NCBI GenBank assembly: GCA_043811535.1
Contig: JBDRNC010000039.1
Location: forward strand, 1 to 64,000
Reading direction: 5' to 3'
Source: Elusimicrobiota bacterium
GTDB lineage: Bacteria; Elusimicrobiota; Endomicrobiia; Endomicrobiales; JBDRNC01
Length of the DNA stretch: 64,000 nucleotides
Made by a program: the position numbers and the translations under genes. The notes below the pieces were generated by a model, which saw only the letters and a list, made by a program, of their open reading frames with translations, ran no database searches and was not told the DNA's origin. The stretch's first letter is position 1; each line of letters starts with the position of its first letter. Positions 50,700 through 60,917 of this stretch are shown piece by piece.

Positions 50700-51437
50700 T
50701 TATTTTTCCAGGAGAAGGCAAGCGACGCCCTGCACGATATCTTTTGAGCTTACGGCGGATAATTCCTCTTTCGCCGCGGGAAGCCAGAACTTCCTGTCCA
50801 TCCCCATGTAGTATTCGGATTTAAGTATCTTGAATTTCTTAATCAGGCCGGCGAGCGATACGTCATCATATATCCTGTATCCTTCGCCTTCTTCATTCTT
50901 TCCGAACGGCACCGTGATTATCAGTTTCCCTCCGGTCTTAAGCACCCTGTGGAATTCACCGAGTATTGTGTCATCGGCCCTAGTATACGTTCCTCCGCCG
51001 TAAGAACCCATTCCGGAATGTTCAAGCGCCGAGACTGCCACAATAGCGTCAAACCTGTCACCGGGAAGAGTATTCTTTGAGAAATCGCCCTTCACAAAAG
51101 TAAAATTCGGATGCTCGAGGCCGCAGTCATTCAGGTCGGTCCCGGTTACTTTGTATCCGGCGCTCGCCATTTCAAGGGAGAGTTTGCTGTAATTGCACCC
51201 GAAATCAAGTATCTCGGCCCCTTTCGGAAGGCCCAGATTGGAATAGACAAAAGGCATCTCTACTATTCTTTCGGTCGTAATAAGGCGGAAATTAGCCGCG
51301 TTAAAGCCGTACCGGAGCCTTGAGAGGAGATTGTTTCCCCCTTTTCCCAGCTGAAAAAAAGCAGGGTCGGCGAAATACGGTTTTAACGCGGTTTTATAGA
51401 GACTCAAGAAAGTGAACAGCCTGTCTTTAATACCCAA
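50700..51437 (-). CDS. Class I SAM-dependent methyltransferase
   Basis: ER.VE.PF, LDFGC, SALEH.G and LK.GG.LIITVPFG motifs. Confidence 0.85.
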   Translation of the reverse strand: MGIKDRLFTFLSLYKTALKPYFADPAFFQLGKGGNNLLSRLRYGFNAANFRLITTERIVEMPFVYSNLGLPKGAEILDFGCNYSKLSLEMASAGYKVTGTDLNDCGLEHPNFTFVKGDFSKNTLPGDRFDAIVAVSALEHSGMGSYGGGTYTRADDTILGEFHRVLKTGGKLIITVPFGKNEEGEGYRIYDDVSLAGLIKKFKILKSEYYMGMDRKFWLPAAKEELSAVSSKDIVQGVACLLLEK

Positions 51438-51576
51438 TGGTCACCTTCATCCGCGCATCAGAATGCCGCGGGTCGGTTTTGCGTAGGATGAATATTATTC
51501 AACTGGCATTCGGTGCGGGATTCCGCGCTCCAAATGACTTGAAGAATTGATGCCCCGGAGTATATCCGGGAGTGCT

Positions 51577-52632
51577 TCATTTTTTTGACGAACGATGCGG
51601 CTTCTCCTCTTTTATATCAACGGGCGCTTTTTCCGCCGGGACGCTGAAATATTTCTGTCTTATCACGTTTTCTATCTCCTCGGCGACCGCGGGGTTTTCT
51701 GTCAGGAAGATCTTGACGTTGTCCCTTCCCTGCCCGAGTTTTTCGTTCTTGTATGAGAAAAAGGCGCCTGATTTCTCTATCATTCCTTCCGTTATGCCCA
51801 TGTCTATCAGGAATCCGAGCCTGTCAATTCCCTGGCCGAACATAATGTCGAACTCGGCCTGCCGGAACGGGGCCGCGATCTTGTTCTTGACGACCTTGAC
51901 CCTGACCTTGTTCCCGATAACCTCGTCGCCTTTCTTGATGGATTCCACCCTGCGGATATCGAGCCGGATGGAAGAATAGAATTTCAGCGCGAGCCCTCCC
52001 GGCGTAGTTTCCGGGTTTCCCCACATCACGCCGATCTTCAGGCGTATCTGGTTTATGAATATAAGAGAGGTCCTTGATTTTGATATTGTGGAAGTGAGTT
52101 TGCGGAGCGCCTGACTCATGAGCCGCGCCTGCAGTCCCATGTGCGAATCGCCCATCTCACCCTCGATTTCAGCCCTCGGAACAAGCGCCGCGACCGAGTC
52201 AACTACAATGACGTCCACCGCGCCTGACCTTATAAGCTTATCCGCTATTTCGAGCGCCTGCTCGCCCGAGTCAGGTTGCGATATCAGCAGGTTATCTATG
52301 TCCACTCCGAGTTTTTTGGAGTATTCCGGATCCATTGCGTGCTCGGCGTCGATATAAGCGGCTATCCCGCCCCTTTTCTGCGCCTGCGCGACAATGCAGA
52401 GAGCCAGGGTGGTTTTTCCGGATGATTCCGGGCCGAATATCTCCACCACTCTTCCCCTCGGTATTCCGCCCACCCCGATGGCTATATCAAGCGGGAGCGC
52501 ACCCGTGGGTATGATATCCACGATTGTTTTCGCGTGCTTTTCCCCGAGCTTCATGATAGCTTCCTTGCCGAAATCCTTTTCAATCTGCGACAGCGCCAAA
52601 TCCAGCGCTTTCAAGCGGTCATCTTTTGCCAT
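51577..52632 (-). CDS. recA: Recombinase RecA
   Basis: [23 protein letters not shown]...GNPETT.GG.ALKFY and KNK.A.PF motifs. Confidence 0.99.
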   Translation of the reverse strand: MAKDDRLKALDLALSQIEKDFGKEAIMKLGEKHAKTIVDIIPTGALPLDIAIGVGGIPRGRVVEIFGPESSGKTTLALCIVAQAQKRGGIAAYIDAEHAMDPEYSKKLGVDIDNLLISQPDSGEQALEIADKLIRSGAVDVIVVDSVAALVPRAEIEGEMGDSHMGLQARLMSQALRKLTSTISKSRTSLIFINQIRLKIGVMWGNPETTPGGLALKFYSSIRLDIRRVESIKKGDEVIGNKVRVKVVKNKIAAPFRQAEFDIMFGQGIDRLGFLIDMGITEGMIEKSGAFFSYKNEKLGQGRDNVKIFLTENPAVAEEIENVIRQKYFSVPAEKAPVDIKEEKPHRSSKK

Positions 52633-52676
52633 TTTGTCCCCCCTCCTTTTAGATTAGTGGCTAGCGAATTGCATTG

Positions 52677-52705
52677 ATTATACATAAGATTATGTATTAA
52701 GTCAA
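52677..52705 (-). promoter_or_regulatory. recA promoter overlapped by an 18-bp palindrome (candidate operator)
   Basis: TTGACT-N17-TATAAT; ATACATAA-GA-TTATGTAT at 52680-52697. Confidence 0.7.
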
Positions 52706-52706
52706 T

Positions 52707-53483
52707 TTACAGTTTCCAGCCGTGTTTATTGAAAAATCGCACCATGCTCTGAAGATGCCATAGCGTTTTATTGGAGAATCCCTTGGCGCTTTCCCTCTGA
52801 TGATGGTGGGTGACGGTTGAAAAAGGAAAATAATACGTTTTATATCCCAGCTGCTTTATCCGGTAACAAAAATCAACATCTTCAAAGTAGAGTCTGTATT
52901 TTTCGTCAAAATAGCCGGCTTTTTCCATTACCTCGCGGGTTGTCAGCAGGCAGGCGGCAAGCACCCAATCAACCTCTTTGACTGAATTATGGTCCCAGTC
53001 GAGCATCAGGTGGTCTCTTTCAAGTTTGGGATTCAGATGGGTCAGGATCCTTCTGAAGAGGATGGTCCTGACCGTGTAGAAACTCCTGCATGACAGCTGA
53101 AGCGACCCGTCCGGATACAGAAGCTTCGGGCCGACAGCCCCGGCGTCTCCTGTATTCTTCAGGAACTCCACAAGTTTTTCCAGGGAATCTGCCGCTATTT
53201 CAGTGTCAGGATTCAAAATCAGCAGGTATTTGCCCCGAGAGTTCTTTATCCCGATGTTATTCGCGCACGCGAAACCCATGTTTTTTCCGTTCTCGATTAA
53301 CTTGAATTGCGGGAAAGAACTCTTGACGAACTCCGCGCTTCCGTCCGAAGAGCCGTTATCAACCACTACGACTTCTTTTGAAAGATTATCGTGCGAATTT
53401 ATGATTGAATCGAAGCATCTTTTCAGGTGCCCGAGAGAGTTGTAGCAAACTATAATTATGGAAAGCTCTGGTTTTGTTTTCAT
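52707..53483 (-). CDS. GT2 glycosyltransferase (rhamnosyltransferase WbbL-like)
   Basis: VVDNGSSDGS, N.GFA.ANN, LNPD and YFEDVD motifs. Confidence 0.9.
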   Translation of the reverse strand: MKTKPELSIIIVCYNSLGHLKRCFDSIINSHDNLSKEVVVVDNGSSDGSAEFVKSSFPQFKLIENGKNMGFACANNIGIKNSRGKYLLILNPDTEIAADSLEKLVEFLKNTGDAGAVGPKLLYPDGSLQLSCRSFYTVRTILFRRILTHLNPKLERDHLMLDWDHNSVKEVDWVLAACLLTTREVMEKAGYFDEKYRLYFEDVDFCYRIKQLGYKTYYFPFSTVTHHHQRESAKGFSNKTLWHLQSMVRFFNKHGWKL

Positions 53484-53491
53484 TAGTAAAT

Positions 53492-54628
53492 TTAACTGCG
53501 GAGAACCTCTTTATAACATTCTAACGTGCGCGCGGCGGAATTTTTCCAGAAAAAACCCATGTCCCTGATATGCCGCGGCATGTCTTTATCATTTCTGAGC
53601 GCTTTATGCGCCGAGATTACTGCGTCACGAATTGATTCCGGATTCTCAGGGTCGCAGTACCAGGCGCGATCCTTATAGTATTCTCTAGTATAACCTTTTT
53701 CGGTCATGACAACATTACAGCCGTTGATTCCGGCCTCCAGCCCTGCCAGGCCCGTGGTTTCAAACCAGCTGGCCAGAACGCATACCTTGGCGTGCTTATA
53801 TAAGGTCATAACTTCTTCTTGATTGACTTCCGGAATATAATAAAGGTTGCTTGAGTTTTGTATTTTCCTGAAAAACGCGCCCGCATAGGAGCTATGCATC
53901 GTGTTCGTCCTTCCCGCGAAAACAACGGGGATACCCGTATTCGAGAGTATATCCGCAAGCGTCAAAACATTTTTTCTCGGTTCTATTCTCCCGGCGCAGA
54001 TGACAAAATCTTTAATGTCGATTCTTTTTATCCAATCCTGTATCCTGGAAGACCCGCCGGCAATAGTTTCATCGATCCCGTTATGGACCACTTTACATCT
54101 CGCGCGCAACGGCCCGGTGACTTCAGCGATAATCGCTTTTGTCTCCATATCCGAATTGGGTATTATGTAATCCGTGCCGTCAAGTATTTCCTTCTGCTGC
54201 GCCGTGTAGCCCTTTGAAGCCTGCAGGAACCACGAAAACCACGTATTCGGATGTTTATAGACATAGTTCAATGTTTTCAACAGCTGGATACTGTCAGTTG
54301 AACGGAGGATATTTACCAGAAAAGAGTGGATTCCAGTGAGATTCTTGGCCTCGTAATTCTTTATATCGGCCATGCTGTGGTAGATAGGAGATATGACAAC
54401 TTTCTTATTTTGCTTCTTCGCATTAAGGAATTGCGCGTAGGTTTCATGCACCCGGGTGATATTGTATAGATGAATTATATCATATCCCGAGACATCCGGC
54501 CGTAAATCCGTAGAAACATCAACCTTGATTTTATATTCTTCAAGGTATTTTTTTGTATAAAGCATCTGGTATGAATCGCCGCCTTTATTGACAAGCGCGT
54601 CATACCTGTTCTGCATTAAAACTTTCAT
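53492..54628 (-). CDS. GT4 glycosyltransferase
   Basis: GGD..Q, GRIEPRKN and ETTGL..LEA motifs. Confidence 0.88.
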   Translation of the reverse strand: MKVLMQNRYDALVNKGGDSYQMLYTKKYLEEYKIKVDVSTDLRPDVSGYDIIHLYNITRVHETYAQFLNAKKQNKKVVISPIYHSMADIKNYEAKNLTGIHSFLVNILRSTDSIQLLKTLNYVYKHPNTWFSWFLQASKGYTAQQKEILDGTDYIIPNSDMETKAIIAEVTGPLRARCKVVHNGIDETIAGGSSRIQDWIKRIDIKDFVICAGRIEPRKNVLTLADILSNTGIPVVFAGRTNTMHSSYAGAFFRKIQNSSNLYYIPEVNQEEVMTLYKHAKVCVLASWFETTGLAGLEAGINGCNVVMTEKGYTREYYKDRAWYCDPENPESIRDAVISAHKALRNDKDMPRHIRDMGFFWKNSAARTLECYKEVLRS

Positions 54629-54660
54629 TTGATTTGTTTTAAAGCGAAGCGTGTAAACTC

Positions 54661-55488
54661 CTACAAGACTCGAAAAAGGACGTTCGTTGTTCCCTCCAAT
54701 TCCGAGATCTCAACGGGTTTTCCGGGTATATCTACAAGAGTCGCGGTGTAAGAGTGACTCTTCATATAATCGGAAAATTGTTTCAGGGAATAACCCAGGA
54801 GAGGATAGGCGCCCGGGGCGATCTCGCAAAGAATGCTGGGTTTTCTGGAAGCGCTTTTCAGATAATTATCGAGACCCTTCATGACCGGGAATTCGTAGCC
54901 TTCGGTGTCAATTTTAATAAGAGAGATTTCATTCAGGGAATTGGCGGCCGCGTATTCGTCAAGCCTGCAGATAGGGACGTCGACAAACTCTCCGACGGTT
55001 TCTTTCGGCATGAAGTTCGGGACAATTGTATTCCATCCGATATTGGGCAGGTTCGTAACCGCTATTTTCGTTGAGCCTTTCGCTTCTCCGGCCGCGCACT
55101 GGTTCACCGTCATCCTGTAATCCTTATTCATTTCGGAAAGTTTCTTCAGTTTGTTGAAATACCTGGGCACGGGCTCGAAACTATGAACCTGGCCGGTTTT
55201 ACCTACCATACCAAGCGCAATAGACGATATATAACCGATATTTGCGCCTATATCGATAAAAATATCATCCTTTTTCAGGAATTTGTTTATTGTTTTGACC
55301 GTACGGGGCTCATAAAGGCCAAAATACATTAACTTTATGGCCTGGTCGAAATTAAAATCATATTCAAATAATATTCCGTTGTTGGTCTTGACAACCGGCG
55401 ATTTCGGTACGGGGAACAAAGCCATTCTGACTTTTTTGAAGAAAACTATCGGGTCTGAGAACAATATGCTTATTGCTTTTACAATCAT
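54661..55488 (-). CDS. FkbM family methyltransferase
   Basis: DIGANIG, FEP, LD and KIDTEG.E motifs. Confidence 0.92.
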   Translation of the reverse strand: MIVKAISILFSDPIVFFKKVRMALFPVPKSPVVKTNNGILFEYDFNFDQAIKLMYFGLYEPRTVKTINKFLKKDDIFIDIGANIGYISSIALGMVGKTGQVHSFEPVPRYFNKLKKLSEMNKDYRMTVNQCAAGEAKGSTKIAVTNLPNIGWNTIVPNFMPKETVGEFVDVPICRLDEYAAANSLNEISLIKIDTEGYEFPVMKGLDNYLKSASRKPSILCEIAPGAYPLLGYSLKQFSDYMKSHSYTATLVDIPGKPVEISELEGTTNVLFRVL

Positions 55489-55565
55489 AACGGATTTTTC
55501 CTCTAATAATGCTTTATGTTGCTAATCTTTCTGTAAATTGAATAATCCGAAAAATGAACGTATCT

Positions 55566-56468
55566 TCATCTGGTTTTTCTTATCCAGAAACTGCCCGGCC
55601 AATCAACAGGCGTGTACGAGTTAAATGAGTTCTCAAGCAGCTTGGAATGCCTGTATTTCATGTAACTACCGCCCCATAACACTTCAAAGGAATCATTGAA
55701 CGCCAAAAACGCCTGAAGCAGGTATTGTTCGTTCCAGAACAGATTGTCTTTGAAAATCCATCTCTGATGATATTCGTAAGGCATAAAAATATCGTGTATA
55801 TGAATGATGACGCCCTTATTCAGTCTCGGCAGTATTTCCAGGTATTCATACTGGACGTCGCTGCCTATTTTCAGAACGTGGCTCGAATCTATGAATAAGA
55901 TATCGTTTTCCCTGAGTTCTATAAAAACGGGAAGCTCTACTTCCTGAATGCATTTTTGTTCAAGTCTTGCGAACCCCGGGAAGCCCTTCTTTATTATTTT
56001 ATTCGGGTAGGGTTCGAAAGCGGTCAATTCCGCGTCCATTGAATTTTCGGATTCATTTTTCAGAACTGCCTGCGCGGACAGCATGGTAGAGAATCCGGAA
56101 CCGATCTCAAATATTTTCTTTGGCTTGAAATGCCTTATCATGCAGTAAAGGATCTCGCCGTCAACGGTCGCAAACGAGTCGTTGTCGACGAAATATTCTG
56201 AAGGATTTGATGTGCGTTTTCTCGGAAAAGCGTTATATTCTTTTGAGTATTTGCCTGAAAATTCCTTCATGAGCCCAATCTGATCGTTTTCTCTTATATC
56301 AATGCCTATCATCTCTGAAGGTTTATTCCAGATGCCTTTATCCAGAGTCCTGGTGTCGGGGATCGGTTCATAATAATGCACGGGTGTCACGTGAAATCCG
56401 AGAGATTGCCAGAAATAAAAAGTCTTTTTTATGAATTTATGTAAAATACTCTTGAATGAAAGATTCAC
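55566..56468 (-). CDS. Class I SAM-dependent methyltransferase (Methyltransf_24-like)
   Basis: EIGSGFST, LFIDSSH, HIHDIF and WNEQY motifs; GTG start overlapping the upstream stop. Confidence 0.88.
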   Translation of the reverse strand: MNLSFKSILHKFIKKTFYFWQSLGFHVTPVHYYEPIPDTRTLDKGIWNKPSEMIGIDIRENDQIGLMKEFSGKYSKEYNAFPRKRTSNPSEYFVDNDSFATVDGEILYCMIRHFKPKKIFEIGSGFSTMLSAQAVLKNESENSMDAELTAFEPYPNKIIKKGFPGFARLEQKCIQEVELPVFIELRENDILFIDSSHVLKIGSDVQYEYLEILPRLNKGVIIHIHDIFMPYEYHQRWIFKDNLFWNEQYLLQAFLAFNDSFEVLWGGSYMKYRHSKLLENSFNSYTPVDWPGSFWIRKTR

Positions 56469-57760
56469 GTTTTCTCCTTTAACATTTGCCCGTATTTTAA
56501 AGGGAAAACGCAGCACAGCGCTGCTACGAACCATATATATGAAAGGTTATAGGCCGTTGTGTTAAACCATGTGAATAAAATAGAGATGAAAGCCAGTTTT
56601 AATCCGAGCAAGATCTTGCCCAATTCAGTTCTACCGTCGCTTTTAGACATCAATGATTCGTTTACAGTCAACACTTTCCATATTTTTAGTAAAAACGCGC
56701 AAAAGACAACAAATCCTATCAATCCGGTCTCCAGAAGCAGTTGAAGATAAAAATTGTAGGTGGTGAAATCCATTAAAAAGAATCCAGTGTTTCCCCATCC
56801 TATTCCCATAAAAGGATGTTTCAAGAAAGTAAGAAAAGAATTTCTCTGTATGTCAAATCTTACCATAGCGGAATGATCACTAAAACTTGACAAATATTCG
56901 ATCATATTGGGCAGAATGAAATTGGTCAGAAATATGAATAAAATACTAAAGACCATCACGGCATTCAAGGCCTTGTATAATTTATTATCATAAATTATTT
57001 CGATATAAGTAAATATCATAAAAATAATAATTAAACCTGCCCATCCTGACCTGGAGAATGACAGGAACATTGCTATGATAAAAACGGTGAACATAGAAAA
57101 TATTTTTACGCTTTTACTTGAAAAAACAAAGGGAAGAAGAAAACTTATCGGCACCAGCAGGTAAGCTCCCCAAAAAGAAGACTCGGGCATGAACGCCCTT
57201 GCTCGCATCATGCCGCTTCCCATCCAGCCGGATGTTTCATTCTTTAGCGCTACAGAGTAGCTTTTCGTGTTTCGCAATATATCTCCAAAAGGCAGATCAT
57301 AAGTAAGCGCCGCGAACTGGTATATAGAATAAAGAGAAACAAAAAAAGACAAGTAAATAAAAAACCAGAAATATCTGCGTAATTGTTCAAGATTTTGCCT
57401 TTTGAAAACTAATAAAAGCAATGAAAAATGGATAATGATGAAAAACAACATAGCGAGCTGTTTTATGTCCTTCATTGCAGCCGTGTCTCCCAACACATTT
57501 AAGGAAGTGCTGATTGTGTTCACGGTGAGATATGAGGAAAATGCAGCAATGACGAAAAATAACATAAGGTTTTTTGTTAAATTGTCATTCGGAATTGGAA
57601 CGCTCTTTTTAGCAGCAATATAAAATATGGCTATTCCCAAAAAGGCGACAAAAGATAAGGTAATAGTTTCACTTCCGACATTTATCCCAAAGGCGATAAA
57701 AGGAAGCGTTACGATAAATAATAGGATAAATGAATGGAGTGAAAATTTAATTTTTGGCAT
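56465..57760 (-). CDS. O-antigen polymerase/ligase family membrane protein (Wzy-like)
   Basis: AT-rich, multi-TM; R.....E.S, SRSG, HP..GIG.G and NFYLQLL.E.G motifs. Confidence 0.8.
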   Translation of the reverse strand: MPKIKFSLHSFILLFIVTLPFIAFGINVGSETITLSFVAFLGIAIFYIAAKKSVPIPNDNLTKNLMLFFVIAAFSSYLTVNTISTSLNVLGDTAAMKDIKQLAMLFFIIIHFSLLLLVFKRQNLEQLRRYFWFFIYLSFFVSLYSIYQFAALTYDLPFGDILRNTKSYSVALKNETSGWMGSGMMRARAFMPESSFWGAYLLVPISFLLPFVFSSKSVKIFSMFTVFIIAMFLSFSRSGWAGLIIIFMIFTYIEIIYDNKLYKALNAVMVFSILFIFLTNFILPNMIEYLSSFSDHSAMVRFDIQRNSFLTFLKHPFMGIGWGNTGFFLMDFTTYNFYLQLLLETGLIGFVVFCAFLLKIWKVLTVNESLMSKSDGRTELGKILLGLKLAFISILFTWFNTTAYNLSYIWFVAALCCVFPLKYGQMLKEKT

Positions 57761-58880
57761 AGAGAGTGTGGTATAAACTTAGTGTTTCTTTTGCGGTATT
57801 CCGCCATGAAAACTTGGTTATTCTGACGAATCCTCTTTTAATCATATCTTCGCGTAATTTTGAATCAGTAAGCATTCTATACAGCGCATCCGATAACTCA
57901 TCTAAATCTGCCGGTTCGACCAATAGAGCGGCGTCGCCGCAGATTTCGGGCAAAGAAGAAGTATTTGACGCTACGACAGGGCACCCGCAGGCCATGGCCT
58001 CCAGAGCGGGAAATCCGAATCCTTCGTACACCGACGGATAGGCAAAAATCTTGGCGCTGTTATACAGGCACAACAACTCGCTGTCAGAGACATATCCGGT
58101 GAATACGACGTCTTTTTGAAGGGAAAGATCGGATACCGCCTTGAAAATATCTTCATAAAGCCAGCCCTTGGCTCCGGTTATGACAAGCTGGTAGTCAACG
58201 CTTTTTTTCTCCCTCATCAGTTTAAAAGATTTAAGCAGATTCAGGAGATTCTTCCTTGGCGATATCAGCGACACATTCAGAATGAAATCCCGGGTAATTC
58301 CGTATTTTTCAAGAACCGGCTTAATTGCTTTTTTATCTTCGATTCTGTGAAAATATTCGTTAACGCCGGAATGGATCATTTTCACCTTTTCCGGACTGAC
58401 CTTAAAACGGTTAATTATATCATTTTTTGTGCTCTCAGATACCGCGATCACATAATCAGAGGATTCAATGCTTCTTTTCATCATTGCCTTGAAGTACAGG
58501 ACGTTCTTAAAAGTAAAACATTCCGGGTGGATAATAAACGCAAGGTCGTGAATGGTTATTACCGTAGGGCATTTTTTGAACATCGGGGCGATAAACGAGG
58601 GCTCGTGGAAAACATCTATTTTGTTCCTGGTTATCGCCGAGGGAAGATAGAAATGCTCCCAAAATAAGCGTTTTAACTGGGAATTGGTTTTGAATTTCGG
58701 AACGTCAACCGCGAAATTATCGCTTGGGAATCCGCCGGGCACGGGCTTGTCGCTCCCGAAGAAGAGAACGTATTCATTCTTGGAATCGATTCTCTTCAGA
58801 TTACTTATGATCTGCGACAGGTAATTCTCTATGCCTGTGGCCTGTTTCTGGATATAACGCGCGTTAATTCCGATTCTCAT
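57747..58880 (-). CDS. GT4 glycosyltransferase
   Basis: IGINAR, TIHDL, PRKN and EGFGFPALEAMACG motifs. Confidence 0.92.
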   Translation of the reverse strand: MRIGINARYIQKQATGIENYLSQIISNLKRIDSKNEYVLFFGSDKPVPGGFPSDNFAVDVPKFKTNSQLKRLFWEHFYLPSAITRNKIDVFHEPSFIAPMFKKCPTVITIHDLAFIIHPECFTFKNVLYFKAMMKRSIESSDYVIAVSESTKNDIINRFKVSPEKVKMIHSGVNEYFHRIEDKKAIKPVLEKYGITRDFILNVSLISPRKNLLNLLKSFKLMREKKSVDYQLVITGAKGWLYEDIFKAVSDLSLQKDVVFTGYVSDSELLCLYNSAKIFAYPSVYEGFGFPALEAMACGCPVVASNTSSLPEICGDAALLVEPADLDELSDALYRMLTDSKLREDMIKRGFVRITKFSWRNTAKETLSLYHTLYAKN

Positions 58881-59775
58881 TGCATTCTCTTCTGTATTTT
58901 ATATAATCATAGATCCCGAACAAAGAACCTTTAAGTACCTTTCCGTAGTGGGCCACCTCATTTTTTTGTTTTAATGACTCCGGGAATAGCAAATATTGGC
59001 AGGTCCTGACAAAGCTTCTGATTATTATATCCGACAGAAGGTATAGATAAATGAAACTGCGCGGCAAATCGCTGAATGCTTGTTTAATCAGCATCGAAGC
59101 TATCGAGCTCGCGTAATTGAATGCCTTGTTCGCGCCAAGCTGGAACGGATGAAAAAAAACAAGATCCGCCGAATAGAATATCTTTTCCCCCATTTGTTTT
59201 ATCCTGAAGAATAAATCGCTTTCCCCGGCCCCCCCAAACCTGCAGTTGATCCCGAAAACCTCATTAAAAGAACCTGCTTTTCTTAAGATACTGTTTTTGA
59301 TGATTATAGAACTCAGCTTAAAGTGCCTGTAATCAAAATAATTCAGATATTTTGAGCCGCTGTTTTCAAAAAAATCCGAAAAATACTTTTTTGAAACAGG
59401 ATCGTAAATCCGTCCGCAGTAAACATTGCTTTTGTTCAGCATGATTGTGTTTTTGAGAACGGAAATGAATTCTTTGCCGATTTGGGCGTCGTCATCTATG
59501 AAAACCAGGAAATCGCCTTTACATCTATTAACGGCATAATTTCTGGCTACGGAAGAGCCCTTTGAATTAACGTTGAAAATGGTTAAATATTCTTTGCTAG
59601 CGAAACTATCCCTGTTTAAAGGCTCCCCCTGGTTTACTATAAGTATTTCAATGTTGAAATCGTCATTTGCGGAAACGCCGGCTCTAAAATTGTCGTATGA
59701 TTCAATTATTGAGTTGACGCATTTGGATAAATCTTCAATTCTGTTTAGTGTAGGGATAATAAATGATATCAGCAT
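58864..59775 (-). CDS. GT2 glycosyltransferase
   Basis: IIPTLNR, ARN and FIDDD motifs. Confidence 0.85.
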   Translation of the reverse strand: MLISFIIPTLNRIEDLSKCVNSIIESYDNFRAGVSANDDFNIEILIVNQGEPLNRDSFASKEYLTIFNVNSKGSSVARNYAVNRCKGDFLVFIDDDAQIGKEFISVLKNTIMLNKSNVYCGRIYDPVSKKYFSDFFENSGSKYLNYFDYRHFKLSSIIIKNSILRKAGSFNEVFGINCRFGGAGESDLFFRIKQMGEKIFYSADLVFFHPFQLGANKAFNYASSIASMLIKQAFSDLPRSFIYLYLLSDIIIRSFVRTCQYLLFPESLKQKNEVAHYGKVLKGSLFGIYDYIKYRRECNENRN

Positions 59776-59788
59776 AGATATATTTGTT

Positions 59789-60769
59789 TTATTCTGCCGG
59801 CTTTTTCTGTTCTTGCATGTATTTGAGTATCACTTGTTTTGCTTCTTTATTTCCTTTTATCGCGCTTAGAAGCTTCCAGACAGCCAGCCAGATGCCATGC
59901 GGTAAAAATGACGAGATATAAAGCAAGGTTAATCTCATGTTTATAGAACGCAAAAGCTGCGTTTTTCTTCTTACCTCAGAGACATCACCCCTTAGCAGCA
60001 TCGCCCATATGTCCGAGTACTCAAGAGCGCCGTTCAGGATTCTTAATTCCCCGGAATAATCACTGTTAAAATTCGGATAAATGCCGGCTAATTTATTGAT
60101 GACATACCCGATCTCTTTTTGATTTTTTTCAAAAGCTTTTAACGTATTCATTCCTGAATGCATTCTATATACCGCAAGCAGTTTGTCAATATAAGCGGTG
60201 TCCGTGTCATGGATTATTCTGAGAAACAGGTCATAATCACTCGCGTATGTTAAATTGGGGTCAAAAAGCTCGACGCAGGAATCCAGGACGCGTTTTCTTA
60301 CCATTACGCTGAGAATTCCTATGGCATAGCTTTTAAGCATTCTGCGGAATATGCGTCCCGTGGGTTGTGTCCCGGTCAAAGCCGCTTTTTTATTCCCCTT
60401 GAAGACATCAAAAACGTAGAAATTAGTATGAATAAATCCTGTTCCGGGATGCGCGTCCATCAATGACACCTGACTTGACAATTTTCCCTGAAGCCAATAA
60501 TCATCAGTATCAAGAAAAGTGATGAATTCTCCCTTGGAAACGGAGATCGCGCGGTTGCGGGCCTCGCCGAGCGAGGTGGTTTTGTCGCTTTTGAAGTATT
60601 TGACCTTGGGACCGTAGGATCTGGCGATCTCAGCGCTTTTATCAGTTGAAGCGTTGTCCCAGAAAATAATCTCCCAGTCTGCGTAGTCCTGGGCGAAAGT
60701 ACTGTCCATCGCCTCTTTGAGGAATTTCTCCCCGTTAAGACAGTTCATGATCACGCTTACTCTAGGCAT
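59789..60769 (-). CDS. GT2 glycosyltransferase
   Basis: VSVIM, DNASTD, ARN, FLDTDD and DYDL motifs. Confidence 0.9.
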   Translation of the reverse strand: MPRVSVIMNCLNGEKFLKEAMDSTFAQDYADWEIIFWDNASTDKSAEIARSYGPKVKYFKSDKTTSLGEARNRAISVSKGEFITFLDTDDYWLQGKLSSQVSLMDAHPGTGFIHTNFYVFDVFKGNKKAALTGTQPTGRIFRRMLKSYAIGILSVMVRKRVLDSCVELFDPNLTYASDYDLFLRIIHDTDTAYIDKLLAVYRMHSGMNTLKAFEKNQKEIGYVINKLAGIYPNFNSDYSGELRILNGALEYSDIWAMLLRGDVSEVRRKTQLLRSINMRLTLLYISSFLPHGIWLAVWKLLSAIKGNKEAKQVILKYMQEQKKPAE

Positions 60770-60917
60770 TTATCCGCCTTCGCAGGAAATTGAGCACGTA
60801 AGTCTGCAACTGCATTACAAAAAGTAGTTCCCCTGTATAGTTCTGTGATAGTGGAAATTTGGGGTAAGCTTCGGCGGATTTCGCCAAAGAATACAAAAAT
60901 ATCACGACTGAGGAGCT

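Noticed and set aside
49275..51437. Methyltransferases as DNA restriction-modification or defence enzymes
   Set aside because: They lack DPPY/NPPY/PC catalytic motifs; they are small-molecule class I enzymes in a glycan context.
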